The notes beneath the pieces are model-generated. The model was not told the origin of the DNA and did not search any database. It saw nothing but the letters and a program-made list of their open reading frames with translations. Made by a program: the position numbers and the translations under genes. From Guillardia theta CCMP2712 (Eukaryota > Protista > Cryptophyta), in NCBI RefSeq assembly GCF_000315625.1, contig NW_005434643.1, positions 277,581 through 341,580 on the forward strand: a stretch of DNA of 64,000 nt, in the 5' to 3' direction. Of this stretch, positions 1 through 11,303 are shown piece after piece. Each line of letters begins with the position of its first letter. The stretch's first letter is position 1.

Positions 1-250
1 GGGCCGGGCCGGGGGCCGGCCGGACCGGACGGGCGGGGCGGGGGGGGCCGGGGGGGGGGGGGCGTCTCATCAGCCGCCGCGCGTCAACACCGTGGCACGG
101 TGACTACCGCGGCGGGGGGCGGCTAACCCGGATAGACAGCTAACGGCGACCGTCAGCCGCATGGGGTGGCCCGGGGGTGGGCGGGTCTCAGGGCCACAGA
201 AGTGTGGGGGTGGCTCAGATCATCGTCAATGGCCGACTCTAGCAATGAGG
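1..250. repeat. GC-rich, palindrome-dense (CCGG/GCCGGC/GTGAC) low-complexity intergenic block, truncated by the window start
   Basis: Runs of gggccgggcc, ccggac, gtgac and cacggtgac; same word content as 30170-31085 and 56100-56450. Confidence 0.55.
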
Positions 251-1546
251 GTCAAAGAGATGAGTGAAATGTTTGTACCAGAGTGATGCGGCCGCCCCCC
301 ACCGTCTCCTCACTGCCTGAGAAGCCTAGTAGTGACCGCGTTCTGGGGCCCCACCCCCACCCCCTTAAGTCCTTTAATTTGCCTACCACTTCTTTCCGGA
401 GTTATACCACCTTCACCCAGTTAGTTTTTAGAAAGTATTATTACACCCCACCCACCCCATATGTCGAGGATAAATCCTACTGACCCAACCCCAGACAGAC
501 CATCGGAGCACGGAGGAGTCCGAATCGTATCACCACCACCCACCCGTTACCCCATGTTCACCCCCGCTTCCTATGGTCACCACATGGGTATATCTCACAA
601 GCCACCCCTGCTTTTCGAGAATATCCTTTAGCTACGTTGGGGTAGGCATTCCGTTAGGTAGCAGATAGGGGTGGGGTGGGGTCATGGCCCCTCCCGGTCC
701 TATTATTGCTTCTGCCACTTTTCTTGAGCTTGTTTTTCGCTACCCTCCCTCCTCCTTCTCTTGTCCTCTTACCCGCGCTCCCTCTCCCCCTTCCCTTCTC
801 TTTCCCTCCTCTCCTTGCCAAGCCCCACCGTGCGGTCATAGTCAGAGGTGTGCCCTCCCGCGGATCCTCCCATCTGCGAGTCAGTGGATTTTCTTCACGC
901 TCGTATTGCTAAATCCTTCATTTCTGCTTTCCAACTGCCAAACCTCATCCAAACTACCTTTGCCGCTTTCCTCTTGCGACCAGCTATCTGTACAAGTTCT
1001 TTGACGTTGGGGCTAACATCGTAAGCGCTGGGACGATACCTGCTTTGCCCTATCTCTTGCCCAAACGCAGTTTTTCGTCATCGTCACGAATTCCGCCAAA
1101 TTCTTGAAGTTCGGCGAGTGTGATTGATTATATATCTCGAGTCTTAGTCGCATCCATCAACTTGCTCAAGTTGTGAAATTGAGCTTTTAGACAAGTAGCC
1201 GTTCTCAAACACGGTGACAATCCTGGCCTGAAAGGATCTCATCCCCAAAGCACACCGAACTTGCTGAAACCCTCTATCTACATCGCAAGTTGCAGAAAGG
1301 CGAACTCATAGTATCTCTACAAGCAAGGCACGATGAAATTTGCAAAGATCAGCCACATGTTAGGATCATGCTTGTCACCCAGACTTCCTTCCCCCCGACG
1401 AGAATCTCGCATCGGATCACAAGCTTCTCTCCTCCAATTCGAAGACGTTCCGACCGTGGAACTCTGCTTTCCTCTAGACAGCCTGGAAAGGTATGTGAAC
1501 CCTCTCTTGCATCGCTTGCTCGTCGCCCTGACGGTTCTTGTGCAGC

Positions 1547-2239
1547 ATGAGCACGGCAGGTCATCGACGAGCTACTCTAGTCAAGTTGCTTCCTCCTGCA
1601 AGCATCTGGAGCAATAGCGGACAAATCAAAGAAGACCTCATCAGATCGGATGACCTCAAGGGTGATGTTGAAGATGATGCGCAGCCTCAGACATGCTGGA
1701 GCATGTGGGCCAGCGATGTCAACGGAGCTGTCTCTGTGGTTGACCTACGAAGTAGATATGAAGGCGACTTGCATGCTTCCGCAGACTCTGGACAGTTCAA
1801 GAGGAAAGGTGGCCGCTGCCCTAGAGACGACAGACCATACAATGATACCCGAGGGGAAGAGCAGTGGTCCTCTGGTCACGAGTCCGACAGAGGCGAAGAC
1901 GAACTTTCAAGAGCGTCCACGCCGTTGATACTCCAGATATCGCAGAGGACGCCTCAGAAGATATGGAGTGAGATCGAAATTAACGACCTTCGTCTGCAAG
2001 ACGACTCCGACTTGGATTATGGCAAATTTGCGCGAAGCTCCAGTGTCAAGAAGAACTCAACGCCGGATCATTCTGTAAGGAGAAGTTCAGACCATGCACC
2101 TGTGAAATTCTGCAAACTTGGTCTGCATCAAGGGAAGGTTCAAGTGGTGCAAACTGCTTCTTGCAAATGCTTCCGGAGAGAAAGAGATGAATCGCCAGTA
2201 CAATTTCGGATGCGTGTAAAGCGCCTTCTCGAATTTTGA
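1547..2239 (+). CDS. Hypothetical protein (upstream exons possible)
   Basis: ORF of about 230 codons with plausible composition, followed by AT-rich 3' sequence; no recognisable domain. Confidence 0.35.
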   Translation: MSTAGHRRATLVKLLPPASIWSNSGQIKEDLIRSDDLKGDVEDDAQPQTCWSMWASDVNGAVSVVDLRSRYEGDLHASADSGQFKRKGGRCPRDDRPYNDTRGEEQWSSGHESDRGEDELSRASTPLILQISQRTPQKIWSEIEINDLRLQDDSDLDYGKFARSSSVKKNSTPDHSVRRSSDHAPVKFCKLGLHQGKVQVVQTASCKCFRRERDESPVQFRMRVKRLLEF

Positions 2240-2546
2240 AGAAGATCAAGAATTGTAAGGTAAATACAGAACACGGATTTCGTGAATACAGGACAAGAGG
2301 GGAGGGGGGATCTCAAGAGTTAATGAATAATCTTAATGGAATCAATCATGTAAATTTAATGAAAGCACATTACCATCAGATCAGGTGACTGTTTCTCCCT
2401 TCTCATATGTATACAATCAAAGACAGTATCAATCGAAAGAAGTTCAACTCTTGCGAGACGATTGCGCTGTAGCCTCTGGCATTATTTCTGTTGTGCTCGA
2501 AGATAGAAAGCTAACTACTGTACAAGACGACGACAGTGTTTGAAGC

Positions 2547-3956
2547 TCACCTGGTCGCGTTGCTGCTGCCACCGTTAATGCAAGTGCGGTTCGTGATGTT
2601 GGTGCATGGGGAGGACTCGATCATGCCAGCTGGACATGCCGAGCATTCACTGCAGCTGTACGCGCCCATGCTGTTCAGACGGAAGGATCCGTCCGGACAC
2701 GTATGACATCCTCGTTGAACTCGCACCCCAGCACCACAAAAGCAGCAGTTGGCGGCCACCTCAGGGATATCGCAGTAGTTCTGCTTGCAATTAACCCTTC
2801 CTGATGCTCGACAGAGTGAACCATAATGTTGGAAGTCAGCGCACTCATTGTTGACGTATTTCGTGTCTGTACAGGCAGCCTCCTTCTGGAAGTATTGCCC
2901 TGCTGCACATTGACGGCACACAGCATCATGTGTTGCGTTGCACGCAGACTCTTCGTACTGGTTCAAGTCACAGGCTGAACATGGAGAGCACGAAGTAGAA
3001 TTGGGCGCGCTGGCAAAACTTCCAGCTGGGCATGCAGCACAGCTGCCGGATTCATCGCAGAAAGAACCCGCGGGACAAGGAGGGCACTGCTGGCACTGTC
3101 CTCTGACGTTGCAGAAAGTCCCGACTGGGCATGAAGTACAGTTCACGCATACTCCTGAGTTGAGCTGCGAGCATCCGCTGCGATACTGTCCGACGGGACA
3201 GGAGTCGCATGCGACACAAACGCTGTCGCGTTCACACGTCTGCGATGATATCAGCAGATGCACAGTAGCTCAGGGTATTTGCACCTTCCTATAGAAGCCC
3301 ACATCGCAGGCAGCGCACGCGATGCAGCTCCCAGCGCTCGTGCCGTTGCATCCATCTCGGTACTCGTAGCTCCCGCATGTGGGGCAGTCAACACAGACTC
3401 CCTGCTCCAGCCCGGAGCAGTTCACCCTGTACTGTCCATGAGGGCAGGCCTCACAGGCGGTACAGGACCCGTTGTTCAGACCGAGGCAACCCTTGTTGAA
3501 GAAGCCCTCAGAGCATAGGTCACAGTCCGTGCAGGAGCCAGAGGAATTCCCCACACAGCCATCATTGTATTTCCCAGCAGGGCAGGAAGGGCACGCGGTA
3601 CAGTTGCCCTCTAACATCCCTCCACAACCTTCCCTGTACTGTCCCTTGCTACATGGAGCGCAAGGCTGGCAGACGTCGTAGTTCCAGCTCACTCCCCCTC
3701 CGCATGCGCAGCAATAGAGATTACGTTGTGCCTCGTAGTCCGGGCCCCAGCAACCGCACCCGCAGATGGCGACGTGCGAGCATTGAACACCGTAGAGGCC
3801 CTCCGTCGGGTTAGTGTCGTTGCAGCCTGAGGACTTGTTGCGGAAGGTTCCAGACGGGCATTCTGTTTCAAGTAGCAGCGAAGAAGAGGCTCGGGGATGC
3901 GAGGAAAGGAAGCACAGGGTGAAGGAGATGAGGAGACCCGTCGTAGACTTGAGCAT
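2547..3956 (-). CDS. Secreted/surface cysteine-rich protein with TNFR/ephrin-receptor-like (CxxCxxGxY/F) repeats; at least 2 exons, 3' end uncertain
   Basis: Signal peptide MLKSTTGLLISFTLCFLSSHPRASS; tandem CxxCPxGxY repeats; 45-nt GT-AG intron 3240-3284 joins ORFs 3270-3956 and 2547-3263; further donor (GTGAG) at 2550. Confidence 0.8.
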
Positions 3957-5005
3957 GACAAAGTGGCGATTGTGAGTTGAACGAGCTCTGGCACATCACA
4001 ATGTTGTCAGTACAAGATACCAACATGCATGCAGTATGTAGAACATCCCTCATTTTCTTCGGGCAAGCTTCATCTCCACTGGTTTCCTATCACTTTCAGC
4101 CTATCCTGACCTTTCAAACACTCACTGCTGCGTATTGTTTGAAAATTGCTAGCAAGCTGCGTCACGACAGTCATCAATCATCGCTGTATCCTCCGAACAA
4201 CTGATCTTCTCACTGGGGCACTTATCGCCCTCATATTACGAGGGCTCCCGGAAGATTCCAAGGATCACAGTTCCGACAGTTCCTCTCCCTTTCAAGGGAA
4301 GGTTACTGACGCAACTCACTGAGCTGGAACCACGCTGTGACATCCTCTACCTCTTCGAAGCCCTAGAGTACGACAAAGCTCTCTTCAACCTCAAGCTCCT
4401 TCCTATCTCCATCGTACGTGCCCCCGCGGCCTGCCTCGCGGATCATACTGCCATTGTCTTGATACACGGCCGAGCGGCTGACAAACGAAGGAGTTTGACT
4501 CAGGTCAAGCCGAAGGGTCCCTTCTCCTCAAGGCGATACTTCCAGCCTTGTGTTTTTACATTAATGTCATACTTAAGAAATGTCTCTCCTTCGCAGACAC
4601 GGTGAACGATCCTCTTCCATCGACCTCGATTGCCTTATCCTGGTAACGACAACGGGCGCAACAACAGGATAAAAATGTAACGGATACAAGCAGAAGGAAC
4701 GATGGAAACGGAAATAGACCACTGATGTAACGGGTATAACGCCATTGCAGCGAGTCGGGGTGAGGGATGATAAGGGGGTGGTTCTGAAGAAACGTCTGTG
4801 TAAGGGTGGGGGTACTTTTGGACAGATAGTCTGGCTTGGATAGATAGTCAAACTACCGGGTACTTGAGAAGCTCAGGGGCGAACCACAGGGGTAGGGGTA
4901 TATGGCATCAAGGGGTCATACGGAAGGGGTCCTGACGAGTAGCGAAGTGTCGCACAGGTATGTATGACAGCTGAGGAAAAGTGGCGAGAGAATGGGAGGA
5001 GACAG

Positions 5006-5640
5006 AAGATGAGATGAGATGAGGGGAGATGAGATGAGGTAAGGTGAGATGAGAGTAGATGAGAGTAGATGAGAGTAGAGTAGAGTAGAGTAGAGTAGAT
5101 GAGATGAGATGAGATGAGATGAGATGAGATGAGATGAGATGAGAGTAGATGGGAGTAGATGAGATGAGATGAGATGTGATGTGATGTGATGTAATGCGAT
5201 GCGATGCGAGAAAATGAGATGAGATGAGGTGAGATGAGATGAGATGAGATGAGATGAGATGAGGTGATAGTAGATGAGTAGATGAGTAAATGAGATGAGA
5301 TGAGAGTAGATGCGATGAGAGTAGATGAGATGCGATGAGAGAAAATCAGATGAGATGAGGTAAGGTAAGGTAAGGTGAGATGAGGTGAGATGAGGTGAGA
5401 GTAGATGAGAGTAGATGCGATGCGATAAGGTGAGGTGAGGTGAGGTGAGATGAGATGAGATGAGATGAGACGAGATGAGATGAGATGAGATGAGATGAGA
5501 TGAGATGAGATGAGATGAGTTGAGTTGAGTAAAGGGGAGTAGAGTAGAGTAGAGTAGAGTGGGGAAGTTGAGACGAGGTGAGGTGAGGTGAGTTGAGGTG
5601 AGGTGCGATGCGATAAGATGCGATACGATTCGATGAGATA
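5006..5640. repeat. Compound pentanucleotide microsatellite (GAGAT)n with variant blocks GAGTA, GTGAT, GCGAT, GAGGT, AAGGT, GAGTT
   Basis: Directly visible 5-bp periodic array of about 630 bp. Confidence 0.95.
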
Positions 5641-5852
5641 AGACTCTGAGGTTATACTTGAACTTTGAGGATTACTGCAGAATGGTTCTGAAAGATGGTC
5701 TTGAACATGTGTTGCTACTAGGAATCACTACAAGGACGAATTAGTTGTTAGAACTAACAATATTGTTGATCTTCCCCATCGTTCTGCGGTGTGGCGCTCA
5801 TTTTGGTGACAGGACGTCTTTTTGGTCTTTTGGTCTTGCCATCAAGAGTCAG

Positions 5853-6449
5853 ATGTCCATACTACGCGTCGCTTCTGCCGCCGTGTGCATCTTATTCGTA
5901 GCTTGCGTTGTGATAGCGACTAGGAGGGAAAGCCAAGTCGTGGAGCTCGAGGAGAGGAAGAGTGACTACCTTGGGGATCAACACGCCCTCAACACCGCAG
6001 ATGCGAGGACGGAGGCTGATAAGTTCTTTGACAAGCGGATCAAGCATGATCGTGTTTACCACAGCTCGGCCAAGTCGCTCAAGAAGAAAGGCATGTCTGC
6101 GAGGGCTGCCAGAAGCGATCTCAACAGCTTCTTTGATACTCTGGGGCTGACCAAGTCACACCAGAAGGAGGCGGAGCATGTGAAGAAGAGTCATCAGAAG
6201 ACAACAGTGAACATTTACATCAACGAGAAAGGAGACAAGAAGAAGATGGTGAAGGCGCTGGCTGCGAAGAAGCAGGCAGAGTTGAAGAAAGAACATCAGG
6301 CGAAGAAAGTAGCTAGCAAGCCCATGAGCAAGTTCGACCGCGAGATGAAGGAAGCAAAGCAGCTCCTGAAGCAGAGCAAGATGGAGAGAGCCCTAGCTCA
6401 GGCTCGCACTGTTGCTCTCAAGGCTGAGGCTCCTTACTACACAAGCTGA
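5853..6449 (+). CDS. Hypothetical N-terminally anchored/secreted Lys/Ala-rich protein with an internal repeat
   Basis: ATG at 5853; hydrophobic segment ASAAVCILFVACVVIA; internal repeat ADARTEADKFFD / RAARSDLNSFFD; biased codon usage. Confidence 0.7.
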   Translation: MSILRVASAAVCILFVACVVIATRRESQVVELEERKSDYLGDQHALNTADARTEADKFFDKRIKHDRVYHSSAKSLKKKGMSARAARSDLNSFFDTLGLTKSHQKEAEHVKKSHQKTTVNIYINEKGDKKKMVKALAAKKQAELKKEHQAKKVASKPMSKFDREMKEAKQLLKQSKMERALAQARTVALKAEAPYYTS

Positions 6450-6528
6450 GGAAGGAGTGAACTCACTCACTCTCTCCCTCTCTCCTCTCCCTCAACTCGT
6501 CTTGAACATTAAACACGATGAACTTCCT

Positions 6529-8983
6529 TTACGCTCCCTGCGCTCGTTTACTCCTTCTCCATGCCTCTGAGCAGCTCACCTCGTCCGAGCTCGACCCATC
6601 CTCTTCACTTCCTGAGGATCCCTCGGAACCCTCCTCGCTATCGCCATCCTGCCGTCTCTGTGGTAAGCCTCGCTCACTGGCAAGCCGCTTACCTCTGAGT
6701 CTTCCCCGAGGATCGCGTACATCTCCTGCACACCGTTGACTCTCCTCCTCCTCTCCCCGTAGTCTCACCTGCTCGTCTCCTTCTATCCTCTCCGTTGCCT
6801 GTCGCCAAACTCAGCTCATCCTCCCCGCCCTCATGACTCGCTCGTTCTCACCCGAGCAGCCTCCGTCAAACTAGAGCGGATCAGTTCGGCAGGCCCTGAA
6901 GCAGACGAGCTCTCGGCTGGGAGCGGCAGCTGGCGGACGAACGAAGCAGCTATTTGAGCTGTTGGAGCCAGGTGAGGATGAGGAGACTGTGGGGATAGTT
7001 GACCTTCCGGCTCCGATGCCTGCGAGGCAGTAGGAGTGTCCTCCGAGGGAGGAGGGAGAGCTTTCTTCCCTTCAAGGGGGAGCTGACTGGAGCCAACCAG
7101 AACGCGGAATCTCTTGTGGAAAAGCTCCGCCAGCTGGAAAGGACGTCAGCAGAGACAGAGGAGGAAGCAGTGGGGACAGAGTCAAAGGTGGAGCGATGAA
7201 ACCATCCCGTCCTCTCGTCGCAGATGTCTTGTGTTGGCTCTTCCTGCTCAGCAGCGGGAGCATCAGCGTCGGCGGCTGCAGCTATAGGAGGGCAGGACCT
7301 GCAAGAACCGCTGGATCTGAGCGTCGTCGATGTCAAGGAGTTGATACATCATTTGTGCTTGCGGTGGGACCTGGAGGAAGCAGTCAAGGCAGCAGGTGAG
7401 ACGTGAGTCACCTCTCGGAAACGGAAGACGTCGGCAGGAGAGGCCGTGGAGGAGGAAGTTTCTGCAGCTTCACGAAGATGGATCAAAGGGATGGAGAGAG
7501 GAGGCGACGATCATGAGACGGGGAGGGAGGGGACAAGGAGGAAGAGATGAGAGGCAAGATGAGGATGCGAGCTCTACCTGAATCTCCCTTCATGCCCTTC
7601 AACCTGCACCCACGTCACCCCTCCTTCCTCCGGCGCTCCATCACAAACCTGAACGGCTGCGGCCCCCCCGCCTTACCCCCCTGCTGCTGCAAGAGACACA
7701 GTCAATCGGCAGATCGCAGAGGTAGAAATGAAGGAGGTGTGAGTGAAGGAGGAGGAAGACGATGAATGAAAGCGAGAAGATGATGGAGGGTAGGAGGAGG
7801 GCATGGGGTGTTGGGGAGGAGGAGCAGGGAGAAGAGGGTCCTGTGGTGGTACGGGGGCGGAACTTACTCGAATCTCGGTTGGCTTGAAAAGAGACAAAAA
7901 CTTTGAGGGAACGCGGAAGTCGTAGGACTAGCAGTATAGTCATGAAATCAAATTCAGGAATGTAGAGGAGGAGAGGAGGAGAGGAGGAGAGGAGGCCAAG
8001 GGAAGGGCAGCATAAGGAGTTAAGGAGTTAATGAAATGGAGTCAGGATATAGAAAGAACGGTGCAAGAAAGGCACAGAGCAGGAGAAGAGGAGGACGGAT
8101 AGTGCACCTGTAGGAAACGAGTTGACTTGTCCGATCGAGGGTCGAAGCCATACCTGACCCAGAGGCTTCGCCAGGGCCCGTCCTTGTAGTTGAAGGCGAC
8201 AAGGGGGAGGAAGCGAAGATGCTTCTCTGCCTCCTCCAGGATGGTCCCCTGCAGCGCGAGCCTCGACCATATGGGTCGCTGCTCAAACAGCCTCCTCAGC
8301 ACCCCCATCGAGGCCTCGCGCCCTTCCCATCCCATAGTGACCTCCACTGCCTGAGCATGAGGTGCTGAGGGCGGCGGGTGCCTCCACTGGATGCTCTGCT
8401 TCTTCAGTGTCTGCACGTCCTTGCTTGGCTTCCTCCTCCTCCCTGGCCGCGACCCCTCCGCGGGAGCCTGGTCCTCTGGGTCGCGGTGCTTGAACGCCAT
8501 GTTCTGACGGAACCCGTACGCCTGCGGCTGATCAACCTTGCTGAAAATAGGAGGAACAAGTTGCAACGTCTCTCCTCCCGTCTGCCCCTCCAGCAGGGAG
8601 TAGACGTCCGTCGGAGCCGGACCTCCTCCTCCCCGAGCCTTAGCGGCAGTCGCAGGGTCGACGAACTGGAAGTCCGCCATGCCGCGGAAGTTGTAGATGC
8701 GCTCAGCATGCCCGAGAACTTGAGCCTCGCACTGCCCATCTCCGTTGGGCCTGCGGACCCTCAGGAGGAGGAGCGTTCGCTGCTCGGGGTCCCCGAAGAT
8801 AGGATGTGCATGGGAGTCCCGGCTCCTGAGGAGGAGGGGGAGCAGAGCGCGGGGACGAGAGAAGACGGAGGAGAGGGAGGAGGTGCCTCCGAGAGCCTCC
8901 AAGGCCCTCCCCTCCTCTCGCACTCTTCCTGGCATCTCTACCACCACAGCCTTCCTCCTCCGCCCCTGCTCCCCCTCCACCAT
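6529..8983 (-). CDS. GTF3C5: General transcription factor IIIC subunit 5 (Tau95/Tfc1/Sfc1 family), multi-exon
   Basis: Motifs HPIFG, FRGMADFQF, LFEQRPIWSR, GPWRSLWVRYGFDPR..RFLQ; downstream exons SYDFRVP, PPQAQMMYQLLDI, CDERTGWF; acidic tail YAILGEDSE...GA* ending at 6529. Confidence 0.88.
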
Positions 8984-9144
8984 GTTCGCCCTCCGGGTTC
9001 TGCCCTAATTGAGGCAGTAAGCCTCGTCCATTCGCTGCTGCTGCCCTACTAGAAGCTCCTCGTACTAATTTTTAACTTAACTTTGAGTAAAGAAGCGCCC
9101 TCCTTGCCTCCCGTCCCTTCCACCCCTTCTCATCCCCCTTTCCG

Positions 9145-9147
9145 GCT

Positions 9148-9207
<60 letters not shown>

Positions 9208-9210
9208 CCT
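9145..9210 (+). repeat. (CTCCTG)n hexanucleotide repeat
   Basis: Directly visible; reads as poly-Leu in one frame. Confidence 0.9.
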
Positions 9211-9272
9211 GCTCGTCCTGCTCGTCCTCTCGTGCTCAGGAGCAGTAGCTGCTTCTACACTACTCCCTGCCC

Positions 9273-10624
9273 ATGTCTTCCTTCAAGAACTGTGTCTCAC
9301 CATCTTCTCCTCTCGCTTCCAGCATGGATGTCTCCTCGCTCTCTCGCTCCTGCGCCATGCTCCCGCTCTACCGCCCATCGGCGTTCACTGCTCATCCTCG
9401 TGCGATGCCGACATCCAAGTCTGAGCAACTCCTCGCTCTCTCGTCATCTCCTGCTATCAGCGCGGGACTGAGGTTTACCCTCCTTGCTCCCTTCCTTCCN
9501 NNNNNNNNNNNNNNNNNNNNNNNNNNNNNNNNNNNNNNNNNNNNNNNNNNNNNNNNNNNNNNNNNNNNNNNNNNNNNNNNNNNNNNNNNNNNNNNNNNNC
9601 TCCCCCCCCCCCCCCTCCGCCACCTCCTCTTCCTCCGTTTGCTTCCCATCCCTCCTTGACGTCCTTCCAAGGCTGCGAGGCGGATGGGATGCTCTTCTTT
9701 CCAACGAGATCCTTTTGGCTACAGGCACCATCCTCGTCGCCATCATCGCCCAGGTCCAAGTAACACACCAGAGCATCCACCTACTCCTCTAGTAACACAC
9801 CAGAGCATGCTCCTACTCCTCTGTCCTGCCGTCTCCTGCTCATCCAGTGGCATCTCAGATCGAGCTGTTCGGATTTCTGGCCAAGAGGAAGCTGCTGCCT
9901 TCGGTCGTCACGCGCAAACTCACTGTAAGCTCCTCAAACCTCCTCCTCCAACCACTAACACCTGCTGCTGCTGCTGCTCCTCCTCCTCCTCCTCGTCGTC
10001 GTCATCCTCTAACTCTCACACAGCACATCTTTGCTGGTAGCACCATGCTCACTTGCTTCGCTCTTTTTCCCGTTGGGCAGAGCTGGGTGGGCAGGTTGGT
10101 CGTCGCCTCCTTCCTCTGCAGCTTCATCGTCGCCTTTTCTCTCATCGCCTACATCCCCGAGGAGGAGCTAGTCAGGCTCCCCAAATTCCTGCAGGCAAGG
10201 TTGAGCATGCGCGATGTGCGCGTGATGGCAGAGCAGGTGAGGATAGCAAGCATCCAGTCGATGGCGTGCAGGACGGGGAGGAGGGAGGAGCTCTGCCGTG
10301 GGACGCTGCTGTATTGCGCCATCACAGCGATAGTCATCTGCCTGCTATGGACTTCTCCTGCCAGCGTCATCACTTTGAGGTGAAGGAGGAGGAGGAGGAG
10401 GAGGAGGAGGAGGAAGGAGGACGAGGAAGGAGGATGAGAGGAGGATGCAAGAGGATCAGGGAGGGTTCAACGTTGATGTTGGTTGCTGCAGCTGCCTTTT
10501 TCTCGGCGATGGCCTTGCTGATCCTGTCGGGCGCCTGCTGGGCAGACCAGCAATCCTGCAGTATCGCGTGGGATGGTTTGGAAAGAAAAGTTATCCAGGT
10601 CTCCAGTGCCCCTCCCCGCTCGTC

Positions 10625-10659
<35 letters not shown>

Positions 10660-11287
10660 CCCTGCCTCCTACCTCCTTCCTCCTCATCCTCCACCACCAC
10701 CTCCTCCCCGTCCTCCTCCCTGTCCATCCCTTTCACCGCCCCCCCTTCTCTTCTCACTGACAGTCAGGCTCTCTGGCTTTCTTCCTATCCTCGCTTGCTG
10801 GGAGCTTCTTGTGGGGACGTCTCTTCCTTGCTGCCGGGCACTACGACCGGACCCTCTTTCAAGAAGAAGCCTTCCTCCGAGCTGCTGCTGTCTGCGCGCT
10901 AGTAGCAACAGTGGCAGAAGGGGTAAGGGAAGAGGATGAGGATGAGGAAAAGGGAGACGAAGAGAGGGGAAGAGAGGAGAACGGAGAGAGGACGGAGTGT
11001 TCCTGGGTGAAGGGGTTGAGGATCTGATGAAGCTCAAGACAAGGGAGAGACGGAGAATTGTGAGAGAGGAGCCGGATGCCGGGGAGGGGGCGTTGAAAGT
11101 TGCGAGGAGGCGGAAGAAGGGGAGGCGGAAGAAGAGGAGAGCAGGAGCAGTGCAAGTTGGGCTGAGATTGTTGCAGATATCCCCTCCGGAAGTGGACAAC
11201 ATCCTCATCCCACTCGCCACTCTCCTCACGAGCTACGGGCTACAAGCGTCAGGGTCGGTTCCCTTTCTATTTCACACTCTAGGGTAG
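9273..11287 (+). CDS. Phytol/farnesol/dolichol-kinase family (CTP-dependent polyprenol kinase) membrane protein, multi-exon; start uncertain, spans an assembly gap
   Basis: Exons give VVTRKLT/HIFAG, CRTGRREELCRGTLLY, LGDGLADPVGRLLG, GKKSYPG, ATVAE, VDNILIPL. These are the RKxxH, GDGxAD, KKSxxG and DN motifs of VTE5/FOLK-type kinases. Confidence 0.85.
9500..9599. other. Assembly gap (100 N)
   Basis: Run of exactly 100 n, flanked by C-rich low-complexity sequence. Confidence 0.99.
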
Positions 11288-11303
11288 GAGGAGAGAGCGG
11301 AGG

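Noticed and set aside
4200-4610. ATG-less plus-strand open stretch (QLTELEPRCDILYLFEALEYDK...)
   Set aside because: Looks weakly coding, but has no start, no clear splice structure and no recognisable homology; left uncalled.
5006-5640. Repeat array considered as CRISPR or telomeric
   Set aside because: No repeat-spacer structure, no cas genes, eukaryotic context, and the unit is not a telomere motif.
6999-7581. Plus-strand ORFs that look protein-like
   Set aside because: They lie antisense to recognisable TFIIIC subunit 5 exons.
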